Source of the DNA: an uncultured Chloroflexia bacterium
Lineage (GTDB): Bacteria; Chloroflexota; Limnocylindria; Limnocylindrales; CSP1-4
Length of the DNA stretch: 64,000 bases
Assembly (NCBI GenBank): GCA_963746405.1
Contig: CAVVAV010000003.1
Location: 933,589 to 997,588 of the forward strand
Direction: 5' to 3'
Below the pieces are notes generated by a model. That model had not been told where the DNA came from and made no database searches. It saw only the letters and a program-made list of their open reading frames with translations. Positions 31,846-41,490 of this stretch are shown here, one piece after another (within the stretch, counting starts at the first letter, position 1; every line of letters starts with the position of its first letter). The position numbers and the translations under genes were made by a program.

Positions 31846-32776
31846 ATGGCCGACGCCCCACCGCTCGTCGTCGTCGCCGGTGCGACGGCGACCGGCAAGA
31901 CCGAGCTCGGGCATCCGGCTCGCGGAGGCGTTCATCGCGGAGGGCCGGCCCGCGACGGTCATCTCGGCCGATTCCCGGCAGGTCTACCGAGGGCTCGATA
32001 TCGGCACGGCCAAGGTGGGCGCTGCGGACCGGGCGCGCGTCCCGCACGAGGGACTGGATCTCGTCGATCCGCCGGAACGGTTCGCGCTGGCCGACTTCGT
32101 GGCGCACGCCCGTGGGGTCCTGACCGATCTGGCCGCGCGCGACGGCGTCGCCCTGCTCGTGGGGGGCACTGGGCTCTACCTGCGGGCGGTGGCGCGCGGG
32201 ATCGACCTCGAGGCGCTGCCCGACGACCCCGACCTGCGACAGCGGCTGGAGGTGGAGCTTGCCGCGACCGGGCTGCCGGCGCTCGCCGAACGCCTCGTGG
32301 CGACGGCCCCGACGCTCGCGGCGCAGACCGACACGGCCAATCCCCGCCGGGTCCTCCGCGCGCTCGAGATCGCCGAGCTCCGCGGCGACGGCCCGCGACC
32401 GGCCCCGCGCGGTTACGACGGTCCCGTCGCCTGGATCGGGCTGACCCTCGATCGAGCCGAGCATGAGCGTCGCATCGCCGCCCGCGCCCGACGGCAGTTC
32501 GACGACGGGCTGATCGAGGAGGCCGTCGCCCTGCGCGAACGCTACGACCCAGGCCTGCCGGCGTTCTCCGCGATCGGGTACCACGAGGCATGGGACGTGG
32601 CGGACGGCCGCACGCACGCTCGAGGAAGCCCTCGCGACCGACGCGCACGCAATGTGGCCTTCGCAAAGCGCCAGCGAACGTGGTTCCGCAGCGAGCCCGA
32701 CATCGCGTGGCTGGACGGTACCGAGGCCGACCCGCTCGAACGGGCCCTCGCGCTCGCCCGCACCGCGACCAGATGA
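31846..32776 (+). pseudogene. miaA: tRNA dimethylallyltransferase MiaA, +1 frameshift near 31910 (GGG run)
   Basis: P-loop N-term MADAPPLVVVAGATATGKTELG in frame of ORF 31759.., remainder IRLAEAF...SADSRQVYRGLDIGTAKV... in frame of ORF 31811..32776. Confidence 0.75.
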
Positions 32777-32800
32777 CCGCCTGCGTCCGGCGGGTCGTCG

Positions 32801-33400
32801 TCAGCCGTCGGCGAGCTCGGTCTCGTCGATGACCTCTTCGACGCCATCGACCGTCTCGATGACCCCGGCGATGGTGTCGCCGTCATCGATGTCGTCGACG
32901 ATCCCGCGCACGACCACGGTCGAGCCGCGCGTGCCGATGACAAGGCGGTCCGCGAATCCGCTCGTCGCGGCGTCGGCCCCGAGCGCGTCACGGATGCGGG
33001 CGGTGAGATCGAGTTCGCCCGAGTCGCCCACCGCGCCGGCCACCTCGACGCCTTCGGGATCCTCGGCGTCGACTCGGAAGGGCGGGTCCGAAGGTGCCAC
33101 GTATGCAAGCCCTTCCTCGGCGGCGACGTCCGGATCGTCGGTCTCGCCCTCGCGCAAGTCGTCGAGCGCCAGCCCGTCGAGGCTCTCGGTCTCTCGGTCC
33201 TCCGCGTCCGGGTCCGGAGCGGACTCGCCCCGGTCGAGCTCGGTCAGCGTCGGTGTTCGCCGGGTTTCGATCTCATCGGGCTCCAGGAACGCGTCCTGGT
33301 CGACCGGCATCGCCTCGCCTTGCAGGTTCGCGATCTCTTCGATGTCCGCCACGTCGTCGGGATCCGGCGATCGAGGGGTCTCTGGTCGCGGTTCGGACAT
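32801..33400 (-). CDS. Acidic BON-domain protein
   Basis: Start MSEPRPETP after AGGAGG; D/E-rich N-half, C-terminal BON-like LTARIRDAL...VVVRGIV... Confidence 0.6.
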   Translation of the reverse strand: MSEPRPETPRSPDPDDVADIEEIANLQGEAMPVDQDAFLEPDEIETRRTPTLTELDRGESAPDPDAEDRETESLDGLALDDLREGETDDPDVAAEEGLAYVAPSDPPFRVDAEDPEGVEVAGAVGDSGELDLTARIRDALGADAATSGFADRLVIGTRGSTVVVRGIVDDIDDGDTIAGVIETVDGVEEVIDETELADG

Positions 33401-33482
33401 GGGGCACCTCCTGGGGATCGCCAGCTTCGCACGGATCGTGTTGCAGCGGCCCTCATCGCCCAGCGCGCTATCCTGCACGCGC

Positions 33483-34808
33483 ATGACCACCCGTCTCATC
33501 GACCTCGAAGTTCCCATCGAGAAAGCCTTCCTCGTCGCCGTCGACATCGGCACCGGCAACGGCTGGACCGCCCAGGAATCCCTTTCCGAGCTGGCCAACC
33601 TCGCGACCACCGCCGGCGCCGAGGTCGTCGGTGCGGAATGGCAGAACCGCCGCCATGTCGACCCGAACTGGTACATCGGCAAGGGCAAGGCAGAGGAGCT
33701 GGCGGCCGCCAAGCGCGAGACCGGCTTCGACCTGCTCATCGCCGACGACGAGCTGTCGCCGGCCCAGCAGCGCGCCCTCGAGGACCTGTTGCGGGTCAAG
33801 GTCATCGATCGCAGCCGCCTGATCCTCGACATCTTCGCGCTCCACGCCCAGACCCACGAGGGGCGTCTGCAGGTGGAGCTGGCCCAGCTCGAGTACCAGC
33901 TCCCGCGCCTCACCAAGCTGTGGACCCACCTGTCGCGGACCCAGGGCGGCATCGGCTCCCGCGGACCGGGCGAGAGCCAGCTCGAGACCGACCGGCGCAT
34001 CATCCGGACGCGGATCTCGAAGATGAAGGAGCGCGTCGAGCAGGTGCGGCAGCAGCGCTCGACGGCGGCGCGTGGCCGTGACCGCCGGCTGTGGCCGACC
34101 GTCGGCATCGTCGGCTACACGAATGCGGGCAAGTCGACCCTGCTCAACACGCTCGTGGGCTCGGAAGTCGCGAAGGCGGAGGACAAGCTGTTCGCCACGC
34201 TCGATCCGACCAGCCGCCAGGTGAAGCTCGGGGAGGGCCAGACCGCGATCATCACCGACACCGTCGGGTTCATCCACAAGCTGCCCCACCAGCTCGTCGA
34301 CGCGTTCCGCGCGACGCTCGAGGAGGTCAACCGGGCCGACGTCCTCGTCGAGGTCGTCGACGCATCGGACCCGCATGTCGAGGAGCATCGGGCGACGGTC
34401 CAGACCGTGCTCGACGAGCTCGGGGCAGGGGAGAAGCCACGCTTGCTCGCGTTCAACAAGGCGGACCTCGTGGAACGGGCCGCGCTCGACGGGGACGCCA
34501 TCGCCCCCGCCGTGGCCGGCTCTGTCCTGGTGTCCGCGCTGACGGGTTTCGGCATGGACACGCTGCGTGCCGAGATCGCGGCCCTGCTGGGCACGCTGTG
34601 GGTCGATGTCGATGTTTCGCTGCCGTACGTCGCGGGCGAGCTCCTCGCCCGGGTCCGTGAGCGCGGGACGGTCGAGCTCGAATATGGCGAGCGCGATGTC
34701 CGGATCGTCGGGCGCGTCGCACCGGCGCTCGCCGGCGAGCTCGAGGCAGCGGCCCGTGCATGGGCGGAAGGCCTGGACGCGACCTCGACGGCCGTCGCCG
34801 GGGCGTGA
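33483..34808 (+). CDS. hflX: GTPase HflX
   Basis: HflX N-domain plus G-domain [24 protein letters not shown]; alt GTG start 33438. Confidence 0.9.
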   Translation: MTTRLIDLEVPIEKAFLVAVDIGTGNGWTAQESLSELANLATTAGAEVVGAEWQNRRHVDPNWYIGKGKAEELAAAKRETGFDLLIADDELSPAQQRALEDLLRVKVIDRSRLILDIFALHAQTHEGRLQVELAQLEYQLPRLTKLWTHLSRTQGGIGSRGPGESQLETDRRIIRTRISKMKERVEQVRQQRSTAARGRDRRLWPTVGIVGYTNAGKSTLLNTLVGSEVAKAEDKLFATLDPTSRQVKLGEGQTAIITDTVGFIHKLPHQLVDAFRATLEEVNRADVLVEVVDASDPHVEEHRATVQTVLDELGAGEKPRLLAFNKADLVERAALDGDAIAPAVAGSVLVSALTGFGMDTLRAEIAALLGTLWVDVDVSLPYVAGELLARVRERGTVELEYGERDVRIVGRVAPALAGELEAAARAWAEGLDATSTAVAGA

Positions 34809-34837
34809 ACGCCGCGGTCCGGCGCTTCAGCGAGGCC

Positions 34838-36982
34838 ATGCCGGACGGCGGGGCCCGATGGTCGTTCCTCTTCGTCCTCGCCGCCGTCGCGATCTTCACG
34901 ATCACCGTCGTCGGCGTGCCGCCATTCCCGGTGACGTTCGACGAGGCCAAGTACCTCGGCATCGGGTACAGCATGGTCGAGGGACAGGGGCCGCGGATCG
35001 TGTTCGGGAGCTACTTCCTGCCGCACGCCCCGGTCTGGCCGACGGTGGTCGTCGCGCCCGCCATCGCCCTCGGGATCGATGCCTTGACCGTGGGGCGGGC
35101 GCTCAATGCGCTCAGCGGCGTCGGGCTGATCGTGCTGACCGCGGCCCTCGCGTGGCGCGTTCGCCCGGCCGCCGCGGCCCTCGCCGCGATCGCCCTCCTC
35201 GGGACCACCTTCTTCCATGAGCTGACGCGGACCGCGCGTCTCGACGTCCCGTCGGCAGCGCTCGCGATCGCGTTCCTGGCCCTCGGGCTCGTCGCCGTCC
35301 GGCGCGGATCGGCGCCATTGGCCGTCGCGGCGGGATTGCTGTTCGGCGTGGCGTTCCTGGTCAAGGAGATCGCGCTGCCACTCGCCCCGGTGCCCATCCT
35401 CGCCGCGATCCTGCACCGCCAGCCGTGGCGACCGATCCTTCGCACGGCCGGCTGGCTGATCCTGAGCGGGACCGTCGTCGTCGCACCCTGGTTCATCTTC
35501 GTCGCCGACGTGAGCGATCGTGTCTACCGCCTCGGAACGCCGGGCTGGACGCTGCTGCCGATCGGCGCCGCGCTCCTGGCGGTCGGAGTCGTGGCGGTGA
35601 TCGCAGGCCGCGGTGAGGACGACCGGCCGGCGATCGGGCTGGCGGACCGCCTCGAGGGTCGCAGGCGCACCTGGCTGGCGGTCGCCATGACGCTCGCCTG
35701 GACGCTCGCCCTGACGCTGGTGTTCACGGGCGTCTTGCGGACCCGGACCACCGGGCTGGTCGACCTTGCCCAGATCGTGCGCTACATCGAGCTGTGGTGG
35801 GCGTTCCACCTGACGGCTGCGATCGGCGCTGTCGGCCTCGTGCTGTCGATCTTCGCGTGGCGACATCTCGACCGGGGGCGGCGGCAGGCCGCCGAGGACC
35901 TGTGGCTCGCGACCATCTGCGGGCTACCGCTCGTCATCCTCGTCGTCGGGGTCGGGGAGGGGCCGCGCAACTACCTCGCCCAGCTCGCGATCGGGGCCGC
36001 GATCGCCGCCGTCGGCTGGCTGTGGCTCTTCGATGTGGCGGTGCGCCGCTGGACGACGGTCACCATCCTCGCGGTCGGGGCCCTGTTCGGCCCAGTCGTC
36101 GGCCTGGTCATCGGCGAGTTCGTGGGCGTCCGGTTCCGGGTCGGTGCGGCTGCCGGACTGGTGGGCGGAGTCCTGCTGGCCGGAGCGATCGGCGCCACCC
36201 TGCGGGCCGGTCGTCTCGGAGATGGGAGCGGCCGGGTCCCGCCGGAACGGGCGGTCGCCGCCCTCCTGGCCGTGGGCCTGGTCAGTGCCTCGGCCCTGCT
36301 CGCCCTGGCCATGCACCTGCGCCAGCCGACCCCCACGAGGGATGAGGCGGTCGCCACGGTGGCCGCGTGGGCCAAGGAGAACGTCGAGCCCGGGTCGACA
36401 GTGGCCTTCGGGTCCTATCTCGGCTACGAGATGGCGCTCCCGCTTCGGAAGGACTTCCGGATCCGCCAGGTCCGCCACGTCCTCGTGGTCGGCGATGTCG
36501 AGGCGCCCGATGGGGTGAGGGTCTTCGGCAAGCCAGCTGTGGACGACTGGGTGTCGATGGACATCGCGCCCAAGAACATCCATGAGTTCCAGGCCTTCTC
36601 AGCCAGCCTGTTCATCGCGCAGCTGCGCCGGAGCGAGGCGGCCTACTGGATCTACTCGACCGGCACCTCGACGGCGGCCGACACGATCATCCCGGCCCTC
36701 GAGGGCGCAGTCGGGTTCGAGCAGCTCGCCCATTGGTCGTTCCCACGCCGGACCGGCGACCCGATCGACACGTACGCCTATCGGCTCGATCTCGATCGTC
36801 TCGCGATCGACCCTGCGCGGATCCACATGGCGCCCGACGCGCTCGAGCGGATGGTGAACCTCGTGGAGAGCACCGGCGCCACAGATCTCGCGCGGCGGCT
36901 GGCCCCCCAGGTCGAGGCCGTGCCCGCAAGTCCGGAGACCGACGCGCTCATCGCTCGATTGCGGCAGGTCGCCGGAACCTGA
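34838..36982 (+). CDS. GT39/ArnT-like membrane glycosyltransferase (PMT family)
   Basis: ~715 aa polytopic membrane protein; alt GTG start 34805 overlapping hflX stop. Confidence 0.65.
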   Translation: MPDGGARWSFLFVLAAVAIFTITVVGVPPFPVTFDEAKYLGIGYSMVEGQGPRIVFGSYFLPHAPVWPTVVVAPAIALGIDALTVGRALNALSGVGLIVLTAALAWRVRPAAAALAAIALLGTTFFHELTRTARLDVPSAALAIAFLALGLVAVRRGSAPLAVAAGLLFGVAFLVKEIALPLAPVPILAAILHRQPWRPILRTAGWLILSGTVVVAPWFIFVADVSDRVYRLGTPGWTLLPIGAALLAVGVVAVIAGRGEDDRPAIGLADRLEGRRRTWLAVAMTLAWTLALTLVFTGVLRTRTTGLVDLAQIVRYIELWWAFHLTAAIGAVGLVLSIFAWRHLDRGRRQAAEDLWLATICGLPLVILVVGVGEGPRNYLAQLAIGAAIAAVGWLWLFDVAVRRWTTVTILAVGALFGPVVGLVIGEFVGVRFRVGAAAGLVGGVLLAGAIGATLRAGRLGDGSGRVPPERAVAALLAVGLVSASALLALAMHLRQPTPTRDEAVATVAAWAKENVEPGSTVAFGSYLGYEMALPLRKDFRIRQVRHVLVVGDVEAPDGVRVFGKPAVDDWVSMDIAPKNIHEFQAFSASLFIAQLRRSEAAYWIYSTGTSTAADTIIPALEGAVGFEQLAHWSFPRRTGDPIDTYAYRLDLDRLAIDPARIHMAPDALERMVNLVESTGATDLARRLAPQVEAVPASPETDALIARLRQVAGT

Positions 36983-36988
36983 CCGGCG

Positions 36989-38605
36989 TCAGGACCTCGG
37001 CATGGGTCCCGGCGGCGGTAGCCGATCGGTGATCTCGGTCAGGTCGTACGGCCGGAACTTGCCGGCCGACGTGTAGGAGCGGTCGGGGAGCAGCGGCAGA
37101 TCCGCATCGAAGTACGCGCCGAGGATGAGGCGGAACGTGTTGACGGAGCTGAGGGTGGGCGGCAGCTCGGGTGCCTCGTCACCGGGGAGGTACATCGCGT
37201 TGAGGATGCCGTACTTGATCTCGAGCTCCTCCGTCGTCGCCGTCGCCCAGTCGTATTCGACCGTGTTGCGAGCGTAGTTGCGCGGGTACGGTCCCTCGTC
37301 CGCCTGCAGGATGATGATCGGTCGCTCGGCCTCCGGGCGGGCCAGCAGGCGGTCGACCAGGCCGTTGATGCGCGTCTGGAGATACGCCAGCTGGTCGGCG
37401 TAGCCGTTGCGCTGCGACGGCCCGCTCTCGGGCGCGTCGTCCACGAACGACCCGTCGGGCGCGAACACGTACGGCGGGTGTGGGATGAGCATGTGGGCGT
37501 ACACGAATGACGGACCGGGCTCGGACGCCAGCTCGTCGAGCGTGTCGAGCTGGAACTTGCCGACTGTGTAGCGACGCTCCCGGTCGGGGGCTGCGCCGAG
37601 CACCCCCAGGCGGCGCGCGATCGATGGCAACGCCGACGTGTCGTACAGCGACGCGAGGAAGTCCGATGGCCCGCCGGAGCGCAGGTTGCGGTCCGCGATG
37701 GGGCTCGATTCGGTGGGTCCGTAGTTGGACCCGACGTGCACGTACGTGTAGCCGCGCTCACGCAGGAAGCGCCCGACAGCGTGGTTCGACAGGCGCTCGT
37801 AGATCGGCCCGTGATCGTCCGATGCCGGATCCTGCGCGGCGACGAGGTCATCGAGATAGTCCAGGTTCAGGGTCGCAGCCAGGGACAGCGTGGTCTTCAC
37901 GTAGTTGGCATGGCTGTCGGTCGCGACCTGGAAGCCGCGCTGGCGGAGCCCGTCGAGGAACGGCTTCTCGTCGATGCCGTACAGCAGGTCGAGCGAGCGG
38001 GCGGACCCGTAGCGGTCGAAGACCAGGTAGTAGATGTCGCGGCCCGGGCCGGCCGCTCCATCGACGGTCGCCGCCGCCGCGGTGCTCCGACCGAACCGCT
38101 GCGCCTCGGCCGGCACGATCGTGACCAGGGCGAAGGCCACGAGGACCGCCGCTACCAGATTGAGTGCCCGGGTCACGCTCGCGAGCCGTTCGGGTCGGAG
38201 ACGGATCGCAACGACCGCCACCAGCACGAGCGCGACGGCCCAGCCGATCTGCTGGAACCCGGCCCGCGCCCCGAGCGGCGCGAGGACGCCCGAGAGGTGG
38301 CCATACAGCAGCAGGTACGCCGCCAACGCGGAGACGACCAGTGCCGCCCGGCGACTGTCGCGCAGGAGGTAGGCGCCGATGACAGTGGCCACCAGCGCGG
38401 CCACGACGACCGCGCCGAGCGGGGCGACGAGATCGGCCAGCGTCAGCTCGCCCAGGTTCTCGCCGTACAGGAACAGGACGGGATAGGCCGCCAGGAGGAG
38501 CGGATGGATGGGCACCGGGCGTCCGGCCCACGGCGCCCCGAGCATCGCGCGCGGTTCAGGACGGCCCAGCGCCCGTGTGCGGAGGGCCGTGCTATCGTTG
38601 GTCAC
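36989..38605 (-). CDS. LTA synthase/sulfatase-like membrane protein (alkaline phosphatase superfamily)
   Basis: N-terminal TM helices, extracytoplasmic sulfatase-like domain; alt start 38545. Confidence 0.65.
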   Translation of the reverse strand: MTNDSTALRTRALGRPEPRAMLGAPWAGRPVPIHPLLLAAYPVLFLYGENLGELTLADLVAPLGAVVVAALVATVIGAYLLRDSRRAALVVSALAAYLLLYGHLSGVLAPLGARAGFQQIGWAVALVLVAVVAIRLRPERLASVTRALNLVAAVLVAFALVTIVPAEAQRFGRSTAAAATVDGAAGPGRDIYYLVFDRYGSARSLDLLYGIDEKPFLDGLRQRGFQVATDSHANYVKTTLSLAATLNLDYLDDLVAAQDPASDDHGPIYERLSNHAVGRFLRERGYTYVHVGSNYGPTESSPIADRNLRSGGPSDFLASLYDTSALPSIARRLGVLGAAPDRERRYTVGKFQLDTLDELASEPGPSFVYAHMLIPHPPYVFAPDGSFVDDAPESGPSQRNGYADQLAYLQTRINGLVDRLLARPEAERPIIILQADEGPYPRNYARNTVEYDWATATTEELEIKYGILNAMYLPGDEAPELPPTLSSVNTFRLILGAYFDADLPLLPDRSYTSAGKFRPYDLTEITDRLPPPGPMPRS

Positions 38606-38655
38606 GAGCGGATTATCAGTCGGATAACACTTTTGACGGGAGTCACCCGCGAACC

Positions 38656-38841
38656 ATGCCTGAACTCGCGTATATCGATCCGGGCACCGGCAGCCTGATC
38701 ATCCAGACGGTCATCGCTGCTGCGATCGCCGTCCCCCTCTTCTTCCGGCACCACATCGGCCGGTTCCTCAATTCAGTGCGCCGTCGAGGCGGCCCGGACG
38801 AGACGTCGGCAACCGTGGATGACGGCGCCAGGGGTCGCTGA
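38656..38841 (+). CDS. Small membrane protein, hypothetical (61 aa)
   Basis: MPELAYIDPGTGSLIIQTVIAAAIAVPLFF TM segment; overlaps start of downstream methyltransferase. Confidence 0.35.
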   Translation: MPELAYIDPGTGSLIIQTVIAAAIAVPLFFRHHIGRFLNSVRRRGGPDETSATVDDGARGR

Positions 38842-40261
38842 CCCGCCCACGCCGCAACGGGGGACTGGCGAGGGGAGCGGCGCCGTCGAGCGGGACGGTG
38901 GGTCGTTCCGGGACCCCAGTGGCTTCGTTTTCTGGCAGGACGGTCAGCCGTATCGTCAGATCCAGCGCCGCTTCGCGGCCGAGTGGGACGCCTTCGAGGC
39001 CAGCCCGCTCAAGAGCCAGCTGATCGCCCAGGGGCGACTCATCCCGTATGAGACCGTGCCGCTCGAGCGGGCGCAGGGCCCGGACGCACATGCCGTCATC
39101 CGCCCCGAGCGGATCGAGTTCATCAGCCACCCCTTCGAGTGGACGTTCGGGGAGCTGCGCGACGCGGCGCTGCTGACACTCGACGCGCAGCTCGACGCGC
39201 TGGCTGCCGGCTGGCAGCTCAAGGACGCCTCGGCGTACAACGTCCAGTTCCGCGACACCCGCCCGATCCTCATCGACTCGTTGTCGTTCGAGCCGCACGA
39301 GGACGGGGCGCCGTGGGTGGCCTACCGCCAGTTCTGCGAGCATTTCCTGGCACCCCTCGCGCTCATCGCCAAGCGTGACGTCCGGCTGGCCGGCCTGCTT
39401 CGTGCCGACCCCGACGGCGTGCCGCTGGATCTGGCCAGCAAGCTGCTGCCGTGGCGGACCAGGCTCGACTTCGGTCTGTTGTCCCATGTGCACCTGCACG
39501 CCCGGGCGCAGCGCCGCTACGCCGGGAACGAGGACGAGGGCAGGGCGGCGCGTGGGGCACGGATCAGCCGATCTCGGCTCGCGGGTCTCATCGGGAATCT
39601 GCGGGGCACGGTCGCGAAGCTCCGCTGGGAGCCCGCCGGGACGGAGTGGTCGGATTACGCGGACCACACGAGCTATGGCGACACGGCCACGGCCGCGAAG
39701 TCGCGGCTGGTCGAGGCGTTCGTGCGGGATGCCCCGGGGTCCCGGGCATGGGACCTGGGCGCGAACACCGGCCGGTACAGCCGGATCGCGGCCGACGCGG
39801 GCAAACGCGTGCTCGCCTTCGACATCGACCCGGCGGCCGCGGAGCGCAACTACCGCCAGATCCGCGGCGAGGGCCGAACGGACATCCTGCCGCTCATCCT
39901 CGACGTGGCCAATCCGAGCCCGGGTATCGGCTGGGCCGCGCGCGAGCGACGTTCGTTGCTGGAGCGGGCGGATCCCGACGTCGTGCTGGCACTGGCCCTG
40001 GTCCACCACCTCGCCATCTCGCGGAACGTGCCCCTCTCGATGGTGCTCGGGCTGTTCGCCGACCTCGCGCCCGCCGCCGTCGTCGAGTTCGTGCCCAAGG
40101 AGGACGCGATGGTCCGGCACCTGCTGGCCTCGCGCCGCGACGTCTTCCCCGATTACACGCTCGAGGGGTTCCGGGCCGCTGCCGGCGAGCGGTTCGACAT
40201 CGCCGCGGAATCGCCGATCGAGGACAGCCTGCGCGTCCTGTTCCTGCTTCGCCGTCGCTGA
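38819..40261 (+). CDS. Class I SAM-dependent methyltransferase with N-terminal extension
   Basis: 480 aa; C-terminal DLGANTGRYS...AFDID MTase fold motif I. Confidence 0.65.
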   Translation: MTAPGVADPPTPQRGTGEGSGAVERDGGSFRDPSGFVFWQDGQPYRQIQRRFAAEWDAFEASPLKSQLIAQGRLIPYETVPLERAQGPDAHAVIRPERIEFISHPFEWTFGELRDAALLTLDAQLDALAAGWQLKDASAYNVQFRDTRPILIDSLSFEPHEDGAPWVAYRQFCEHFLAPLALIAKRDVRLAGLLRADPDGVPLDLASKLLPWRTRLDFGLLSHVHLHARAQRRYAGNEDEGRAARGARISRSRLAGLIGNLRGTVAKLRWEPAGTEWSDYADHTSYGDTATAAKSRLVEAFVRDAPGSRAWDLGANTGRYSRIAADAGKRVLAFDIDPAAAERNYRQIRGEGRTDILPLILDVANPSPGIGWAARERRSLLERADPDVVLALALVHHLAISRNVPLSMVLGLFADLAPAAVVEFVPKEDAMVRHLLASRRDVFPDYTLEGFRAAAGERFDIAAESPIEDSLRVLFLLRRR

Positions 40262-40324
40262 GTCTCGCCGCGCTGCGTGTGGACGGCGTGTGGATAGCAC
40301 CGCCAAATGCAAGCCTGCAGTAAC

Positions 40325-40470
40325 GAAAGTAGTGGATAACTCGATTGTCGCGGCCTGACCGCCCGGGTAAGGTACGTCTTGCCTGAAGGGGCCACGGACA
40401 TCTAGTGATCTGATCTGTGTTTACATGGATCGGGGCAACTAGTGATCGAGGTTCCTTCGGGCGTTCTCGT
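40325..40470 (+). promoter_or_regulatory. Conserved 5' element copy 1 (GTGGATAAC ... TGCcTGAAGGGGC ... GTGTTTACAT-N13-CAACTA ... GTTCCTTCGGGCGTT)
   Basis: Shares blocks and spacing with 41335..41490 upstream of the next-but-one gene. Confidence 0.5.
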
Positions 40471-40541
40471 TTCCGCCCCGGAACCGGGGCCGGTCAGCGG
40501 AACCGGGCCGGTCACCCGATCGCGCGTGGCACCATGGACGC

Positions 40542-41270
40542 ATGCGGCTCCGGGACGGCCTCCACCGCCTCGGCAATGGCACCGTCAACGTGTACCTCAT
40601 TGCCGACGGCAGCGATGTCACGATCATCGATGCGGGCGTGCCCGGCTACTGGGGCGATCTCCCGGCCGAGCTCGCGGCCATGGGCCGCACCCTCGACGAC
40701 GTCCGGGCAGTGGTCCTGACCCACGGCCACTCCGACCACATCGGCTTTGCCGAGCGTGCCCGCCGAGAACGCCGCGTGCCGGTCAGCGTCCATGAGCTGG
40801 ACGCGGCCCTGGCACGGGGCGAGGTGCCCAGCCCGGTCAAGGGCATGGGACCGGTCAGGCTGCGGCCGCTGCTGTCGTTCCTGGTCTTCGGTGCGCTCAA
40901 GGGCGCCCTCCGGACGCGGCGGCTCGACGAGGTCGGGACGTACGCGGACGGCGCGACGCTGGATGTGCCCGGGGCCCCACGCGTGACGCTCGTGCCCGGC
41001 CACACGCCGGGCAGCGCCGCCCTCCATGTCCCGAGCCACGACGCGTTGTTCGTCGGCGACGCGCTCGCGACGCTGGCCGTGACGACCGGGGCGACGGGGC
41101 CGCTGATCGCGCCGTTCACCGCCGACCGATCGACCGCGTTGCGCTCCCTCGACCGGTTGATCGGCATCGAAGCGGGTTGGCTGCTCCCCGGCCACGGCGA
41201 GCCGTGGACCGGCGGCGTGGCCGCGGCGATCGAACGGGTCCGTGCTCGCGGCACGTCCGTCGCGGCGTGA
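40542..41270 (+). CDS. MBL-fold metallo-hydrolase
   Basis: HxHxDH motif LTHGHSDHIG; 242 aa. Confidence 0.8.
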   Translation: MRLRDGLHRLGNGTVNVYLIADGSDVTIIDAGVPGYWGDLPAELAAMGRTLDDVRAVVLTHGHSDHIGFAERARRERRVPVSVHELDAALARGEVPSPVKGMGPVRLRPLLSFLVFGALKGALRTRRLDEVGTYADGATLDVPGAPRVTLVPGHTPGSAALHVPSHDALFVGDALATLAVTTGATGPLIAPFTADRSTALRSLDRLIGIEAGWLLPGHGEPWTGGVAAAIERVRARGTSVAA

Positions 41271-41334
41271 CAGCCACGCCTCCCGCGGATGGGTTTCTGT
41301 GGACGGCCTGTGGACGATCCGGGGGCGTCATCCG

Positions 41335-41490
41335 GGAAAGTCGCAAACTCGTGGATAACCCCCCTTCCCAGGCCGATGGACCAGCGGATACAGTTCGACT
41401 TGCTCGAAGGGGCGCCAGACCGCAAGTGGCGGTACCGGTGTTTACATCGGTAGTGTCAACTACGGACCGGCCGTTCCTTCGGGCGTTTTC
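41335..41490 (+). promoter_or_regulatory. Conserved 5' element copy 2
   Basis: Same ordered blocks as copy 1; ends directly at ATG of 41491 gene. Confidence 0.5.

Noticed and set aside
32652-33480. N-terminal 276 aa of the 718-aa ORF ending in hflX
   Set aside because: Read-through of the opposite-strand BON gene; HflX homology begins at MTTRLIDLE (33483).
34115-35866. 583-aa minus ORF across hflX/GT39
   Set aside because: Antisense artefact.
38768-40312. 514-aa minus ORF antisense to the methyltransferase
   Set aside because: R/G/P/D-rich; the plus strand has the MTase motif.
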